64,000 nucleotides of DNA, taken from positions 28,210,001-28,274,000 of the forward strand of contig NC_043002.1 in the NCBI RefSeq assembly GCF_006345805.1, in the 5' to 3' direction. The position numbers and the translations under genes were made by a program. The stretch comes from Octopus sinensis (Eukaryota). This document shows positions 23,655-38,485 of this stretch, in pieces; the stretch's first letter is position 1; every line of letters starts with the position of its first letter. The notes beneath the pieces were generated by a model. It searched no databases, was not told the DNA's origin, and saw only the letters and a program-made list of their open reading frames with translations.

Positions 23655-23977
23655 CTTTTCAAACTTTCTCTTTCCTCTGGTCGCTATTATTACCATTTCT
23701 TTTGTTTTTCTCCCATTGACGACTCTTTCTTCATCGCATTTTTCTCATCTCTTCTCTTTCACCCTCTCTCTCAACATTACTCTCTCCTCGTTATATTTCT
23801 ATCCATCAACATTGCCTTATACACACATGTGTACACACACACACACACATATGTATGTATGTATGTTTGTATGTATGTATGTATGCATGTATGTATGTAT
23901 GTATGTATGCATGTATGTATGTATGTATGTATGTATTTATGTATGTATGTATGTATGTATGTATGTATATATGTATG

Positions 23978-24072
<95 letters not shown>

Positions 24073-24504
24073 GTATGTACAAGAGTTAAGGAATGGACTA
24101 GATAAAATACTGGCCACATATATTCCATAGCAAGAAGAACCTCGGGAAAAAAATAACAAAGCAAACCGAGAGCCGAATACAAATTTGAAAGATCGCATCA
24201 CTTATTGTGAAAATACCTATCCTTTCTAGAATATTTGATTAAAAATTAGTATTGGAGTATCAAGTGGAAATTGCACGTTATACAGAGAGTAGACATGAAA
24301 ATGAAAATGAAATGCAAAGAAAAGTATATACACAAACTCATACGCATGCACAGAAGCCCGTATGTAAATGTGTGAGAACGATATTTTAAAATGGAAAAAC
24401 CTTTTTTTTTTTTTAAATTAGCCAACATTAAAACACGTGTTTTACCGGTATCTAAATTTAAGGACTTGAATATATACTCGAGAAATAATTGGAAAGAAAA
24501 TGTT

Positions 24505-24690
24505 TATTTCTTTATTGCCCAGAAGGGGCTAAACATAGAGGGGACAAACAAGAAGAACAGACAAAGGGAGTAAGTCGATTACATCGACCCCAGTCGTAAC
24601 CTGTACTTATTTAATCGACCCCGAAAGGATGAAAGGCGAAGTCCGCCTATGCGGAATTTGAACTCAGAATGTAATCGGAAAGAAAATATT
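24505..24690 (-). mobile_element. Family A SINE, partial
   Basis: aagtcgattacatcgaccccagt...atcgaccccgaaaggatgaaaggcgaagtc...atttgaactcagaa. Confidence 0.8.
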
Positions 24691-25879
24691 GTTAATTATA
24701 TATATCGAGTGTTATAATATTATATGTGACTTTAGCAGTGTACACACACACACACACACACACTGCACACACATACATACACATATGCATATGCAATTAT
24801 ACATATATACATATACACTTACAGCTGGTTGCGTGGCCTGGGATCTCCGATGACATGCTTTTAATATTAAATAAAGTGTTAAATATGCAAATTAGTCGTT
24901 TCTACTCACAAAGGCTGCTGAATCTGTTATGTAGATAAACAGATTGGCTGCTTGCTTCTCCGGTCTTGGGCAAATGATGTCGGCCAGTGGACCTTTGTTA
25001 TTCCTATTGTACTTCGATGAACCCTCACAGTCATTTTATGTTTTAAAAGTTCTTATATTTTTATAATTAAATATTATTAGATATTATATAAAATAAATTA
25101 AAATATTTTGTGTATTAGAGAAGTATAATCAGTTTATTGAAAATAAATTTTAAGAAAAAGTTTTATATGGACCGCCTAGGGCCATATGGACCCTGGTCGA
25201 GAACCACTAGTGTAGACAATTCTAATGAGAATCCCCGAGTCAGTTCAGGAAGGGCAGGTGTATGACTAATAAGGCCCAAACATAACCATCCCATATTTTC
25301 TTTTATGCAGGGAATTCCATTATCCAACGTATCATTTTCTTTAAGATGATAGAGTGTAATTTGAAAAAATGTAACTGCTATTTCTAGAAGTCCAAGGGAC
25401 TATATAGAGACTTATCAGTTGGCTCAGGGTCCAAAGATTGGAGTATGTTTCTATACCTCTCCATAATAATAAGTCGGAACTGCATTATTTTGATCCTGGT
25501 TATCGCTAATCGAGAAGACCCATGCTCAGAATAATTCCAGCGTTGATCATACTGTCTTTTTATTATATATCGCGGACTACATTACGCATTGTGTCCTTCG
25601 TATTCAACACAACAACGTTTTATTGAAGGATATTTGGTTGCTATATCTAGCAAGCCGAATGCCTACAAAGAGACTGCTCGCTTAGTTGGCTTCCGTACAA
25701 CTGTTATTATATATGAGGCTACGTAACAGTCCTTCCCTCTCTGTCACAACACAATCCATGTGACCAGATTGTGTAGGTTTCCGCTGATTTTCGGCTTAAA
25801 CTTAATTTAAATTATCTTTTAATTACAGAAATAAATCTTATTCCTTCTATTATAAACAGTTTTCATTATCTCTGTCATA

Positions 25880-27307
25880 TTTCACCGTTTATTGACAACA
25901 ACGCTGGCAGTTGAGGTGGTAGTGATGGTGATGGTAGTGGTGCTGATGGTGGTGGTGGTGGTGGTGGTGGTGGTGGTGGTGGTGGTGGTGGTGGTGAGGG
26001 GTTTTAGTTGTGGTGAGATTTTTGTTGCTGTTGGTGGTGGTGGTACTGGCGCTGGTGCTGGTGCTGGTTTTGGTGGTGGTGGTGGTGGTGGTGGTGTTGG
26101 TGGTGGTGGTGGTGGTGTTGGTGGTGGTGGTGCTAGTGGTGCTGGTGGTGCTGGTGCTGGTGGTGGTAGTGGTGAGGGGTTTTAGTTGTGGTGAGATTGT
26201 TGTTGCCGTTGGTGGTGGTAGTGGTGGTGGTGGTGGTGATGATGGTGGTTGTAGCGGTGGTGGTAGTTGTGGGAGTGGTTGTGGGAAGAAGTAAGGGTCT
26301 TATTGTTATTGCGGTTGGTTTTGGTGTTGTTGGAGGTGATGGTGTTGATGGTGTTAGTGTTGATGCTAGCAGAAGAAGTGAAGAAAATGACCATAGCAGG
26401 CAATGGTGTTGGAGAAGCAGTGATAGGGCATCTCTGGTGGTGGCCATGGGGAGAGATTGTTGTCGGTTGTAGTAGTAGTAGTAGTAGTAGTAGTAGCAGC
26501 TGCAGTAGCAGTAGCAACAGTAATAGTAGTAGTAGTAGTAGTAGTTGATGGTATGGTATTGGTGTTGATGGAGCTGTCAGAATAGTTAGCACGCCGGGCG
26601 AAATGCGTCGTCGTATTTCGTCTACCGTTACGTTCTGAGTTCAAATTCCGCCGAGGTCGACTTTGCCTTTCATTCTTTCGGGGTCGATAAATTAAGTACC
26701 AGTTACGCACTGGGGTCGATGTAATCGACTTAATACCTTTGTCTGTCCTTGTTTCTCCTCTCTGTGTTTAGCCCCTTGTGGGTAGTAAAGAAATAGGTTT
26801 TGGTGGTGGTGATAATGGTGGAGTGGTATTAGTGACGGTAGCAATGGTGGTGGAAGATGTAGTGACGTGAGTGGTGGTGGTGGTGGTGGTAGCATGAAAG
26901 TTATTGATGCTGGTGGCGGGGGGCGGAGAGGATGAGGTGGCGGTGATGGTTGCAATAATTGTACTATGGGAGCTTGCGGTGATACTGACGGTATTGTTGT
27001 TGGGTGCAGTGGTAGTGGCAGTGATAGTAGGTATGGGTGTTCCTAGTAGCAGTGTAGGCGGTAGTAATTGTGGTAATGATGATGTTGTAGTTATTGTTGC
27101 GGTTGTTGTTGTTAGTAATAGTGGTTATGTTAGTGGTTGCTTTTATTGTTGTTTTTTAAAAATTCTACTTCGACCCTGATCAAGATCTATTTTGGAAGGC
27201 ATTCCATCCATGACCATTTCTATAAAAGTACACAGAGTTACATTATCTGCTGGGACCTTTAATTTTAAGTTATTTTGAGGGAATTTAGATGTTATTTCTT
27301 TGTTGCA

Positions 27308-27338
<31 letters not shown>

Positions 27339-27650
27339 TGCAGTGATGGTGGTGTGGTGGTGGTGGTGGTGGTGTTGTTGCTGCTGCTGCTGCTGGAGAT
27401 ACTGTTGGTGTTGGTGTTGGTGATATTGCTGGTGACGGTTATGGTGGTGTTAATGATGCTAGTGGTAGTGTTGCTGCTGGTAGTCGTGGTTGGGGTTGTG
27501 ATGGCAGTATCTGTGGTGGTAGCGGTGGTGGTGGTGGTGGTGGTGGTGGTTGTAGCCGTCGTCGACGTCGTCGTCATCGTTTTCATAGTTGTCATCGAGA
27601 GTTACGATATTCATGTGATGGTAGTGATGGTGGTGTTATTGGTCTAGCGA
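25880..27650. repeat. G-rich compound trinucleotide region (GGT/AGT/GCT) with short internal duplications
   Basis: Direct reading. The block gtgagg(g)gttttagttgtggtgagatt occurs twice (about 25994 and 26172). Confidence 0.9.
26571..26798 (+). mobile_element. Full-length family A SINE
   Basis: Collinear with the 11132 and 13783 copies. Confidence 0.88.
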
Positions 27651-27940
27651 TGAAAGAAAAAGTTATTACACCGCACCAGTTAATTCCACCTAACCACAAA
27701 CAAGTGGGGAAACTGCCAGCTTTGCTTTGCTAAGCAAAGATCTTGCAGCGATATTCACAACAGATTTTAATGAACGCTAAATTCCTTCCTAAGCAATAAA
27801 AATGGTTGTAACATACATAGGTCAATTATAGTTAGACACCGAATGAGATTGTGGAAAAGCATTTTGCCGTTTCACCCTTATTTCGAACATTGTGGTGCAG
27901 TCACCCTAAATGTACTATCATACCTGTAGAACTTATACCT

Positions 27941-28172
27941 ATTTCTTTACTACCCACAAGGGGCTAAACACAGAGAGGACAAACAAGGACAGACAAACAG
28001 ATTAAGTCGATTATATCGACCCCAGTGCGTAACTGGTACTTAATTTATCGACCCCGAAAGGATGAAAGGCAAAGTCGACCTCGGCAGAATTTGAACTCAG
28101 AACGTAGCGGCAGACGAAATACCGCAAAGCATTTCGCCCGGTGTGCTAACGTTTCTGCCAGCTCGCCGCCTT
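27941..28172 (-). mobile_element. Full-length family A SINE with 12-bp TSD
   Basis: GAACTTATACCT at 27929-27940 and 28173-28184. Confidence 0.9.
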
Positions 28173-29049
28173 GAACTTATACCTGTAGAACTTATACTGG
28201 CTTGGCAATGCCTGCATAATATTACGACTACTAGGGGCTTTGTATTCACTCGTCTAAGACCAGAGTATTATGGGTCATCGTTGTGTACGATTTCCCTCAC
28301 CCAAACTATTCATGTCAAACTCAACCTCTACCTTGCTGTTTGTAAGAGTGCAGCACTTACTTTCTGTTCATCCTTTCTTATAAAGGCAATTGTAACGTGG
28401 CTAATACTTGGCAATAGAAGAAAAGCCGGTTCTTCTATCCTCTTAACTGGTGTGCCTCAACTCTCTCTTTCGTTATGGCCTGCAAAGTGCCAACACTGGC
28501 TGCCCTTGCTTGTCAGAGGAAGGGGATGGGATGATCGTGAGATAAATACAACTGATATCAAAATCCGTCGTGCCATCGAATCCCATACCAGACTGGTACT
28601 TTATTTGATCGACTCCTGGAAAGATTGGGAACAAAGATAGCCTCGTTGAGATTTGAACTCAAAAGCAATGGGCGAGAAGAAATATTGCAAGGCATTTTTC
28701 CAATGATCTAATAATTTTGCCAGTCTACAGCTCTAAGTGTAAGAAATAATAAATTGAAAATATACGATATAAAAACACCTAGAATAATTTGCTGCTATGG
28801 GAAGGAAGAATAAAAAAAAAAGAAAAAGAAAAAGAAAAGGATAGTTAAAGATAATATATCAATAAAAATAGAAAACACTTTTGGAGCAAGGGACTAGATA
28901 ATATATATAAAGTATCTCTTAAAAATAAATATTTTATAGATATTATTTGATAGATTCTAAACAAGAAATAACAGAAGCAGATCCTCAGACGCACAAACTT
29001 ACGGATCGCTATTCTTCGTGTTTCTTCTCAAGTCACTCTAGTTAGTTCT

Positions 29050-30760
29050 AAGGGTAACAAATATTCAAATATGTATGCTGACAATACTCAAATACAAAAT
29101 AACAGAGCACATTGAAAGACAAACTTAGAAATCAAGGTTATAAAAAAAGAAAGAATACGCGTCACAAACTTATTTAGTAATGCTGTAAACTGAGGGATAT
29201 CTGGTAGTAACTGTACTTATGATATTGATAGTATTGATAGTAACAATCATAATATTGTTACTAATGAACAAAAGGATAATAATTGTATAGACATTCCCAC
29301 TTCCAATCAATGTATTTCTTCAGTAGCAGAAAATTAATTCACAGCTGCAATTGGAATTCGACAACCATCTATAGCAGCGCAACAAGAAGTTGATAGGACA
29401 TATATCAAAAGCTTGCGAAAATACTTAGAAGTCAATGTAATTCTTGTGATTAGTAAGTATACGCTTAAGTTGAAATCTCTTAAAAACCCGCATAGATTAA
29501 GGGATGCTATCAGCAATGAACAAATGGAGATAAAATATCACAGTATTATGATACCTAATTGTATTACTCAGTTAAACAATTCTTTATACTACGGCATGCT
29601 CACAATAATAAACTATGCGGGGGTTAAATAAACAAAGTAAATTTTCAAAAGATAAAAGTTGTTAACAATTGGAATGGTAAATTAGATTATAGAAAAGATA
29701 ATCTATGCGAGAAAGCAAGTAAAATAATCTAGATGGGAAGAGATAATACTTGTAAAAGAATTAACAGAAATACGGACTTTATGATGATGAACAAAAATAC
29801 GCACCGTATGATAAACACTGATCAAGCACAACTGAAAAAACTCGAATGCTTAAAAGTAATACCCGCTTGAAATAAATGATAAAATATGTGTAACATCAGA
29901 GGAAGAACGTCACTCTCAAAACAACACGTGATAAAGATACAGAAGATTTTTTAGATAGCAATAATGAAACATTGAAAATATTTTGGAAGCATATTTTTGG
30001 AAACGAGGTTATTTATAATAGAAATAATAGGTTGCTATAGGAGTACGTGGCAACGACAGAAATTACAAAATCAGCTACCCAAAAGATAATGCTCTCTATA
30101 TTGGGACTTGCTTCAAATAGCTTTGGAAATTGGGTAAGTCCTGGCACTGACAAGTAAGTCTCTCCATAACCTTGGTGGGTTTCCTTTCATAAAGTTTACT
30201 GTGTCAAAACGTTTATTTTCAAAACCCTACCCTTAAACAATCCCGACTAACTGCTCGTTTCTGACAGGTAGAACGACAGTGTTCTCCAAGAAAAGACTAA
30301 TATATCATTCATCTAACTATTGCCAAATCTATTGTTTTCTGATCTTCAATAAACTGTTTTCCAAAATGTTATTTGGACTCACATAATAACTAAGCATATA
30401 CAACAAAAAGAATATTATTCTGTTAGAGTAGAAATGATTCAGATCATAGGGCTACAGGCAACCGACCAGTCCCTTGTTAACCAAATGGTATTCGATGATG
30501 TTTAATTACGAATAAAGAACCTGTCATGTGCTTGGGTCGACTACAAGATGGCTTTTGATTAAGCCATACATGACATGGAAGTCTATTAATTTGGCGACAG
30601 AATGGGGAACATTTGATTCGGCTCTATATGAGAGGTTTATCAAAATAATGAAAGCACATCAATTTGACGACATAATGGTAAATTTGGTTAAAACAACAAT
30701 GAAGAAGTGTCATGCAATTCTTAGTGACCAGCAATGCAATTAGTGTAAGACCCAGCATCA
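29050..30760 (+). mobile_element. Old, heavily disrupted R4/Dong-like non-LTR fragment (N-terminal region to start of RT)
   Basis: Broken peptides IFWKHIFGNEVIYN, NWVSPGTDK, FLTGRTTVF and SLVNQMVFDD..KNLSCAWVDYKMAFD parallel those in the 35.2-35.8 kb copy (FWERIW, NWKSPGKD, WLASGITYLLP, LLINRMILE..NLSTAWIDYKKAFD). The boundaries are approximate. Confidence 0.6.
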
Positions 30761-31099
30761 CAGGAATATCTACTGGAATATTACATAAACGTAAGGAAGC
30801 ATTTATGAATATTTCAAGTTAGGACTATCACAAGAGGAAGAAGTTCTCCTCAGCCTTGGCTGGTAGCCCTCATGAGATGGTGTCTCGAAAAAATAGTGCT
30901 AGTATTGTAATCCTAACACTTCAGTCTGTTTTATGTGTATAATGTCAAATAAATATTTATATCACAACTGCGTTAAACAAGAATGGATTCTCGAACAAAA
31001 GCCTATCGAACGGCAAGTGTTCCAGTGTGCAGTAGGATGGGCCTGGTCGTTATTAACTGCCTTTTCAAAGATTAGCGGGTGATCTGAAAGTGACAGCTG

Positions 31100-33480
31100 A
31101 ACTATTATGGAATATTATTAAAGGAGTGAACCTGATAAAACAGGATACAAGAAAAGAATGCGTAAATTATGGATAATGGAAGACATGTTCCCTGACACAG
31201 AACAAAGGCTTGTAGATCACGAAAATTATATCATGAAAAGCCAATGACTATCCAAGTTGAGGAGGAAGAGATCTTCAAAACAGTGGAAAAGAAAGAAAAT
31301 GGTTGCTTAGAAGAGAAAATCTAACCAGAAATAATCGAAAGATCAGGCCATCCGAAGAAAAATAGAAACTAGAGGGAAAACAAGTTTTATTACATGGAGG
31401 GAAAGGATATTACTGAGAAGGAAACGATTTTACTTCAACGTTTAAATGAAGCACGAAGTAATGAAAGAATGAGATCATCTGTTTTGAGAGGAATCGAAAC
31501 GGAAAACTGGTTAAAGTAGTAAAGAGACTTTAGAACCTTTTCACGAAAATAAATTTTGAGAATATAACAGATATATATAACCTCATATACTGCGCAGTAT
31601 ATGTTGCTGTAGATATTCTTGGGTTTAAAATGAAGCAAAGAAACAGAAGGGAGCAAAAACCCATGCTGGAAAAGAAGACATAAGAACCAAATTGAATACC
31701 TCACTAGAGATCTTGGAAGGATAAATTCAATAATTGAAAAGAAAATGGTGATTTTAAGACAAAGGAATGAGCTCCAATTGGCTTTTGGAGTGTCCTCGGG
31801 ATACTCGGGGCCTTGAGAAAAATGAATCAAAGGAAGTAAAACAAAAATTCGAAATTGACTCATTAGGAAGTGTGAATATATGGAGGGGATATTCCAGAGA
31901 GACTCGCTCTCTCTATTACTGTACTTTGTATTAATCTCTCTATCACAAGCACTTTGAGAAAATCAAGTGCTGCCTATGATCATTCTAAAATCAAGACAAA
32001 ACTAAATCATCTATTATACTTGGAAAGCCTCAAGTTATATAGCAAAATTGAAAAAGACATGGATTCTCTTACCAAAATAGTAAGAATATTTAGCAAGGAC
32101 ACTGGTATGCACTTTGGGGTGAATACGTGTAAGTGTGCAGTTTTAATTATGAAGGGACATCCGTTGCTATAAAGATACCACTAGATTATATAATATGATT
32201 GACTCGATATTACGAGACAGAAGTACTTGGAGGTACCGCAGGATGATAAGATAAAGCAAAGAGATAGAGAAAACTTCCAAAATTCACAAGGGAAGGATCA
32301 AGATGTTCCAAACAAAAACTAAATGGAAATTATATCATCAAGGTTGTGAAAGTATGTGTCATGCCAGTGTTGAGATGCTCTGTTTCGCTTCTCAAGTGGA
32401 GAAAGATAGAGCTACAGGAATTAGAAGAACTTGCAAGTTACTCAGAATTCATAACGCGCAACACCCTAAAAGTTATATGGATGGGTTTTATTTACCAAGA
32501 AAGGAAAGGGGAAGATATTTCATAAATACAGAAGGCATCATGAGGACGCTATAATGGGTTTGAAAAACTATATTTTGCACATTGAAGATAGAATGTTATC
32601 TACGATCAGAAATATCCAGGAAGTTATTGAAGCAGTGAGAGAATTCAAGAAAGGGGAACGATAGCTGAAATAGCAAGAAAGAGAAGAAATTACATGGCAG
32701 ATACATGCAACAATCCAAGGATATTGGAAGTAAAGGACGTTGGATGTGGCTGAAAGATGGGAATGTGAAACAAGAAACTGAATCTCTCATTACAGTCGCT
32801 CAAAAACAAAACCTTAGAACGTATTAGATAAAGTGCCTGATGTGTAGCAAGCAGAGAGCAAATACAGTATGTGTGGGAGAAGGGAGGAAAATTAACCATC
32901 TCTTGACTGTGTGTAATAAGCTAGCAAAAAAAGAAGAGTATAAATGCAGGTATGTTTATGTTGGTAAAGGACTATTAGGATGTTAACTAATTCTGTGGAT
33001 TTGAAGTGGCGGTAAAGTTATATAAACACGAGTCAGGGGCTGAGATGTGGAACTATAATTATAGGCTTTTATGACACTTTTCCGTAAAAACTAGCTATTC
33101 TATTGAAGAGACCAGATATGAAAGTAGAGGGCCGGAAAAAATAGCAAATAATGAGAGATCATTGACTTTACAATACTATATAATAATAGAGTAGATATCA
33201 AGGGACTTTAGAAAATTGAAAAAGAAAAATAACGACTTAGGCAAAGAAATGAAAAGATTATGGAACACAAAGAAGAATGACGCACTCGTCACAAACCCCA
33301 ATCCTTCACCTATGAACCTAAAGGATATTGGGGTTGAGACACGTATTGTGGTCATGCAACGGAGTGTCATCCTATATACTGTAAAATTCCTGAGAGAGAT
33401 TCTTGAGATTTAAGAAGACTTGTCACTGCACCTCAGGATAACATCCTTGCCAACTAATTTCGCATGTATTAACTTTTGTA
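31100..33480 (+). mobile_element. Decayed R4/Dong-like element with an internal deletion (N-terminus, RT core, RLE tail, 3' UTR)
   Basis: TGYKKRMRKLW..EQRLVD; GIFQRDSLS...NHLLYLESLKLYSK (decayed YMDD); HPKSYMDGFYLPRKERGR; C-terminal ...VKFLREILEI* at 33413, followed by a TGA/TAA-rich tract. Confidence 0.75.
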
Positions 33481-33733
33481 TAATGATGATGAAGATGAGG
33501 AGAGTAATGATACTGATGATTGATCATAATAATAATCCTTTCTATCATATGAACAAGACCTGAAATTTGGTGGGAAAGGGATATTCGGTTACATCGACCT
33601 CAGTGCTCAACTGGTACTTATTTTATCAACCTTTAAAATATGAAAGTCCAAGTCAATCTCTGAAAGTAAAGACGGTCGAAATGCTGCTAAGCATTTTATC
33701 CGGCCTGCCAACGTCTCGGCCAGCTTGCCACCT

Positions 33734-33777
33734 TAATAATAGTAGTAATAATAATAATGATAATAATGATAATAATA

Positions 33778-33862
<85 letters not shown>
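33734..33862. repeat. (AAT)n array preceding the R4/Dong copy
   Basis: Direct reading. Confidence 0.95.
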
Positions 33863-33866
<4 letters not shown>

Positions 33867-35100
33867 GGACACTAAATGAACTGAACAAAATAGATAGGAA
33901 AACAAGAAAAATAATGACAGGATCTAGGATGCATCACCCAAAATCTGACCTAGAAACACTATATATACAACGTATACAGCTGGAAAACTACTATAAAATA
34001 ACCACCATATGACTGCAAAAATATCTACTTCAGAAGGAAGGAAAACTGATACAAATAGCGGCAAAACACGAGCAAAACAAAAAACTGTTCTCAGTATTTA
34101 AGGAAGCTGACGAATACAAGCAAGAAATCATACCACCTAATAAATATGAAGAAGAAGAAGATGAAGAAACAACAAAAGCTATAAAACAAATGAAATCCAA
34201 ACTAAAACTAGAACAGCAAAGAACCATGATAAAACGATGGCAAGAAAAGCCCCTTCACGGTAAATACTGGACTAAACTAAATGCAAAAGAAGTAGACAAA
34301 GAAAAATCCCAGCAATGGTTGAGAAGCTCAGGACTCAAAGCAGAGACAGAGGGATTTTTAATTGCAGCACAAGACCAAAGCCTCCCCACCAGAAATTACC
34401 AAAAACATGTAATGAAAAGAAATATAACAAGTAACTGCAGAATATGTGGAGATGGACAAGAAACAATAAATCATATTATCTCTGGCTGCCCAGTCCTGGC
34501 TAAGAAGGAATATATTCACAGACATGACAGAGTTGGAACCTACAAACACTGGAAGCTATGCCAACATTATGGAATAACAACAGAAAAAAGATGGTATAGG
34601 CACACACCAGAAAAGGTCACAGAAAACGAGAAAGCAACCATACTCTGGGATATGCCGATACACACACATAGAGAAATTAAGGCCAACAGACCAGATATAG
34701 TTGTCAGAGATCATGAAGAAAAAAAATGTTTTCTAATTGATGTATCAATACCGGCAGATGACAACGTGCCTCTAAAAGAAATGGAGAAACTTTCAAAATA
34801 CAAAGACCTGGAAATAGAGGTAACCAGAATGTGGAATCTAAAAACATAAAACAATTCCTATCATAGTAGGTGCATTAGGTATGATAAAAAAATATTCAGA
34901 CAAATACATAACAAAAACACCAGGACTTACAAACACATATAACATACAGAAAATTGCACTACTAGGCACTGCACACATCCTACGCAGAACACTTTCCATA
35001 CAATAACCATCAGAGCATCACAACAAATCACAGCACATACCCAAGGCACACAGAGCTGCGCTCGGTAGTGAAGTGAAAGCACGCTATAAAAATAAAACTA

Positions 35101-35104
<4 letters not shown>
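33862..35104 (+). mobile_element. 5'-truncated R4/Dong-clade retrotransposon (post-RT, CCHC finger, restriction-like endonuclease, 3' UTR) between (AAT)n arrays
   Basis: WQEKPLHGKY, WLRSSGLKAETEGFLIAAQDQSL, CRICGDGQETINHIISGC, RHDRVG, ANRPDIVV...LIDVSIP...KLSKYKDL, PIIVGALG. Frameshift near 34846, stop at 35006. Confidence 0.93.
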
Positions 35105-35165
<61 letters not shown>

Positions 35166-37060
35166 CCTCCCATGGAAGAAGTTCAAAACTTTTGGGAAAG
35201 GATTTGGAGTGACAAGAAGACGTACAACATAAATGCAGACTGGATTATACAAACTGAAGGATCCTACCAAAATTTACAACAACAAGCATGGGAAGACATC
35301 ACAATAGCAGACCTAAGAAAGGCACTCACGAAGGCCCATAATTGGAAATCCCCCGGTAAAGATAGGGTGCCGAATTCTGGCTCGCATCGCTCCCGTGCGC
35401 ACACGGTAAGCTAGTTCAGCTGCTCAATGGAATTTTGAGAGACCCAAAGAAAACACCTGAATGGTTAGCAAGTGGAATTACTTACCTACTCCCAAAGAAT
35501 AACGAAACCAACCTTCCAAAAAACTATCGGCCTATAACCTGTCTATCCACCACGTATAAAATCCTAACATCTATCCTGGCGGAGAAAACATATGCATTCA
35601 TGGAGAAGAACGATATTTTCCCCATTGAACAAAAAGGGTGCCGCCGAGGCTCTTACAGATGCAAAGATCAACTGCTAATCAATCGTATGATCCTTGAGAA
35701 CTGTCACAACAAGCGCAGAAATCTCAGCACCGCATGGATTGACTATAAAAAGGCCTTCGACAGTATAGCGCATCCATGGATCTTGAGATCGCTGGACATC
35801 TTTAAAATTTCCCCTGTGATTTCAAACTTCCTGAAGCACAACAGGTCGAGGCCTGATCCAATTTGAACTAGCTTACAAAACAACCACAATTGGACTGGCC
35901 AAATATCTCGAAATATCGAATGACTGGATGCTAAAGCTCGTGGAAAATCACGAGAGACGAAAGAAGCTTCATTCTATCATCAAGGAAAGCAAAAAATTTG
36001 CTATTGATCTCGTGCAGGATACCCAAACGGAACAACCCGAGGGAAGTACGGCAACTATTGTTGCAAAGAAGGTGAAAATGATGGCAATGAAAAAAGCGCA
36101 CGAGCAATTGGCTGATAGGTGGGAGGAGAAACCTCTGCACGGCAAATATGTGACCCGCAGCAAACAAGCTGATGTTGACCAGAAGCAAACCCATCAGTGG
36201 CTGCGGAGCTCAGGGCTAAAAGCAGAGAGCGAAGGTTTCATCCTGGCTGCTCAAGACCAAAGCCTATTAACCCGGAACTACCAGGCCAATGTGATGAAAA
36301 ATGGAGCAGACCCAAAATGCCGATTCTACAACGACATGATTGAAACAGTGGACCACCTAATCTCTGGATGTAAAGTCTTAGCACCAGTGGAGTATAAATT
36401 AAGACATGACAGAGTTGGCCAATATCTCCACTGGCTAATAAGTCGGCATTACAATATCAAAACTGCCGACAAGTGGTATAATCACCACCCTGAGGCTGTA
36501 ACTGAAGGAGAAAATGTAACCATTCTGTGGGACTTTCCAGTACATACAGACCGAACCATCAAGGCCAATAAACCAGATATTGTTGTGAAAGACCAAAACA
36601 ATAAAGTTTGCTTATTGATCGACATGAGCATCCCCTGTGATCATAATATCTCAGCGAAAGAGTTTGACAAGCTCAGAAAATATAAAGACCTACTCATTGA
36701 AATTGAGAAAATGTGGCATCACAAGGCGGTTACAATACCAGTGATCGTAGGAGCACTAGGAATGATCAAGAAGGGAACCGAAAATTATATGAGAATGATC
36801 CCTGGCTTACCATCCCTGCAAGAAGTGCAAAAGATTGTCTTAACTGGTACATCACACGTATTGAGAAGAGCATTGTCGATGTGAGAACTGTTGCTGCTCA
36901 TGTATTTTAATTTAACTTTAAAAAAAAAAATAAAAAAAATGAACGAACTACTGAGTTTGGTTTAATGGCCTACCAATATACACTATGAGTTTCTTTGCCC
37001 TAGGAGTCGGGAAGACACTCGGCAAGAAATGGAAGCAAATTTGAAAGAAGAAAAAAAAAG
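35166..37060 (+). mobile_element. Second, distinct R4/Dong-clade copy: RT N-terminal part fused directly to post-RT/RLE region
   Basis: KNYRPITCLSTTYKILT, EQKGCRRGS..KDQLLIN, WIDYKKAFDS, then a junction at 35843/35844 to GRGLIQ..., CRFYND..DHLISGC, RHDRVG, ANKPDIVV..LIDMSIP, stop at 36884. (AAT)n on both sides. Confidence 0.92.
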
Positions 37061-37677
37061 TAATAATAATAATAATAATAATAATAAGAAGAAGAACAAC
37101 AACAACCATAACAACAATGGGTTCTGCTCGTTCTGCTTTAGGCACAAGACCAGCAAATTTTTTGGCGAGGACGAGTAGGCGATATTGTTGACATTGGTAC
37201 TTGACTTGTACTTTTATAAATCCGGAAAGGATGAATGACATATTTGCCCTCGGTTCTATTTGAACTCAGAATGTTAAATGCTGGAAGAAATAATAATGCA
37301 CCAATTATCATAACGAATTTATAGCAGTCTTTCTCTTTTTTTTAATTTTAATAGTATGATGAAAGTTTATGGAGTCACAAATGTTTATCAGTAATTGGAG
37401 GGGAATAAATTCAGTAGAATTATATAGAGATTGTTAATGATGATGATGATAATGACGACGACGACGACGACGACGATGATGATGATGATGATGATGAGAA
37501 CGATGATAATCATAATAATGATAATAGTAATAATAAAAATAAAAACAACAACAGCAATAATGATGATACCTTTTAAGAATACTTGTCGCCAAATTAAATT
37601 TCCGACACATATATTATTAAATTAATGAGAAATTCACAGAATTCATATTATGTATATATAATATATTTATGTGCTTG

Positions 37678-37708
<31 letters not shown>

Positions 37709-37798
37709 TGCATGTATGCATATATAACATGTTACATACATATGTGTATACACACACACATACACATATTTATATATCCATATATCAATATATTTATA

Positions 37799-37830
<32 letters not shown>

Positions 37831-37848
37831 GATATTATATAATATATA

Positions 37849-37900
<52 letters not shown>

Positions 37901-38224
37901 CATATCATATTTAAAAAAAGAGACACATCTCTTTGTTGAGCTTCTGCTAATATTGCAATCTGAAGAATATAAGCTGCGATAAGCCGCTAAATTATAATAA
38001 ATTTACTAAATCAATAATAAGAAATTATTTTGAAATAATGTTTAGGAATTCAAATTTTTAGTGTTTCTTATGTTCTTTTTTTTTTTATCATTGTTGCTCT
38101 TGTGGTTGTTGTTGATGTTGCAGTTAGCGGAGTTTATTTTTTAAGTTAATTTTATTGCTACTTTTTCTTAATTTTATCAGAATTATAATTATTTCTAAAT
38201 ATTTCTTTTTGTTTTCTTTGCTTC

Positions 38225-38485
38225 TGCACTATTCCTTCTTCTTCTTCTTTTCTTCTTCTTCTTCTTCTTCTTCTTCTTCTTCTTCTTCTTCTTCTTCTTC
38301 TTCTTCTTCTTCTCTTCTTCTTTTCTTCTTCTTCTTCTTCTTCTTCTTCTTCTTCTTCTTCTTCTTCTCTTCTTCTTCTTCTTCTTCTCTTCTTTATCTT
38401 TTCTTCTTCTTCTTCTTCTTCTTCTTCTTCTTCTTCTTCTTCTTCTATTCTTCTTCTTCTTCTTCTTCTTCTTCTTCTTCTTCCT
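38225..38485. repeat. (TCT)n microsatellite
   Basis: Direct reading. Confidence 0.95.

Noticed and set aside
30770-31100. Possible HDV-like ribozyme at the 5' side of the R4 copies
   Set aside because: TCCTC and small hairpins are present but I could not build the nested P1/P2/P3 pseudoknot by eye.
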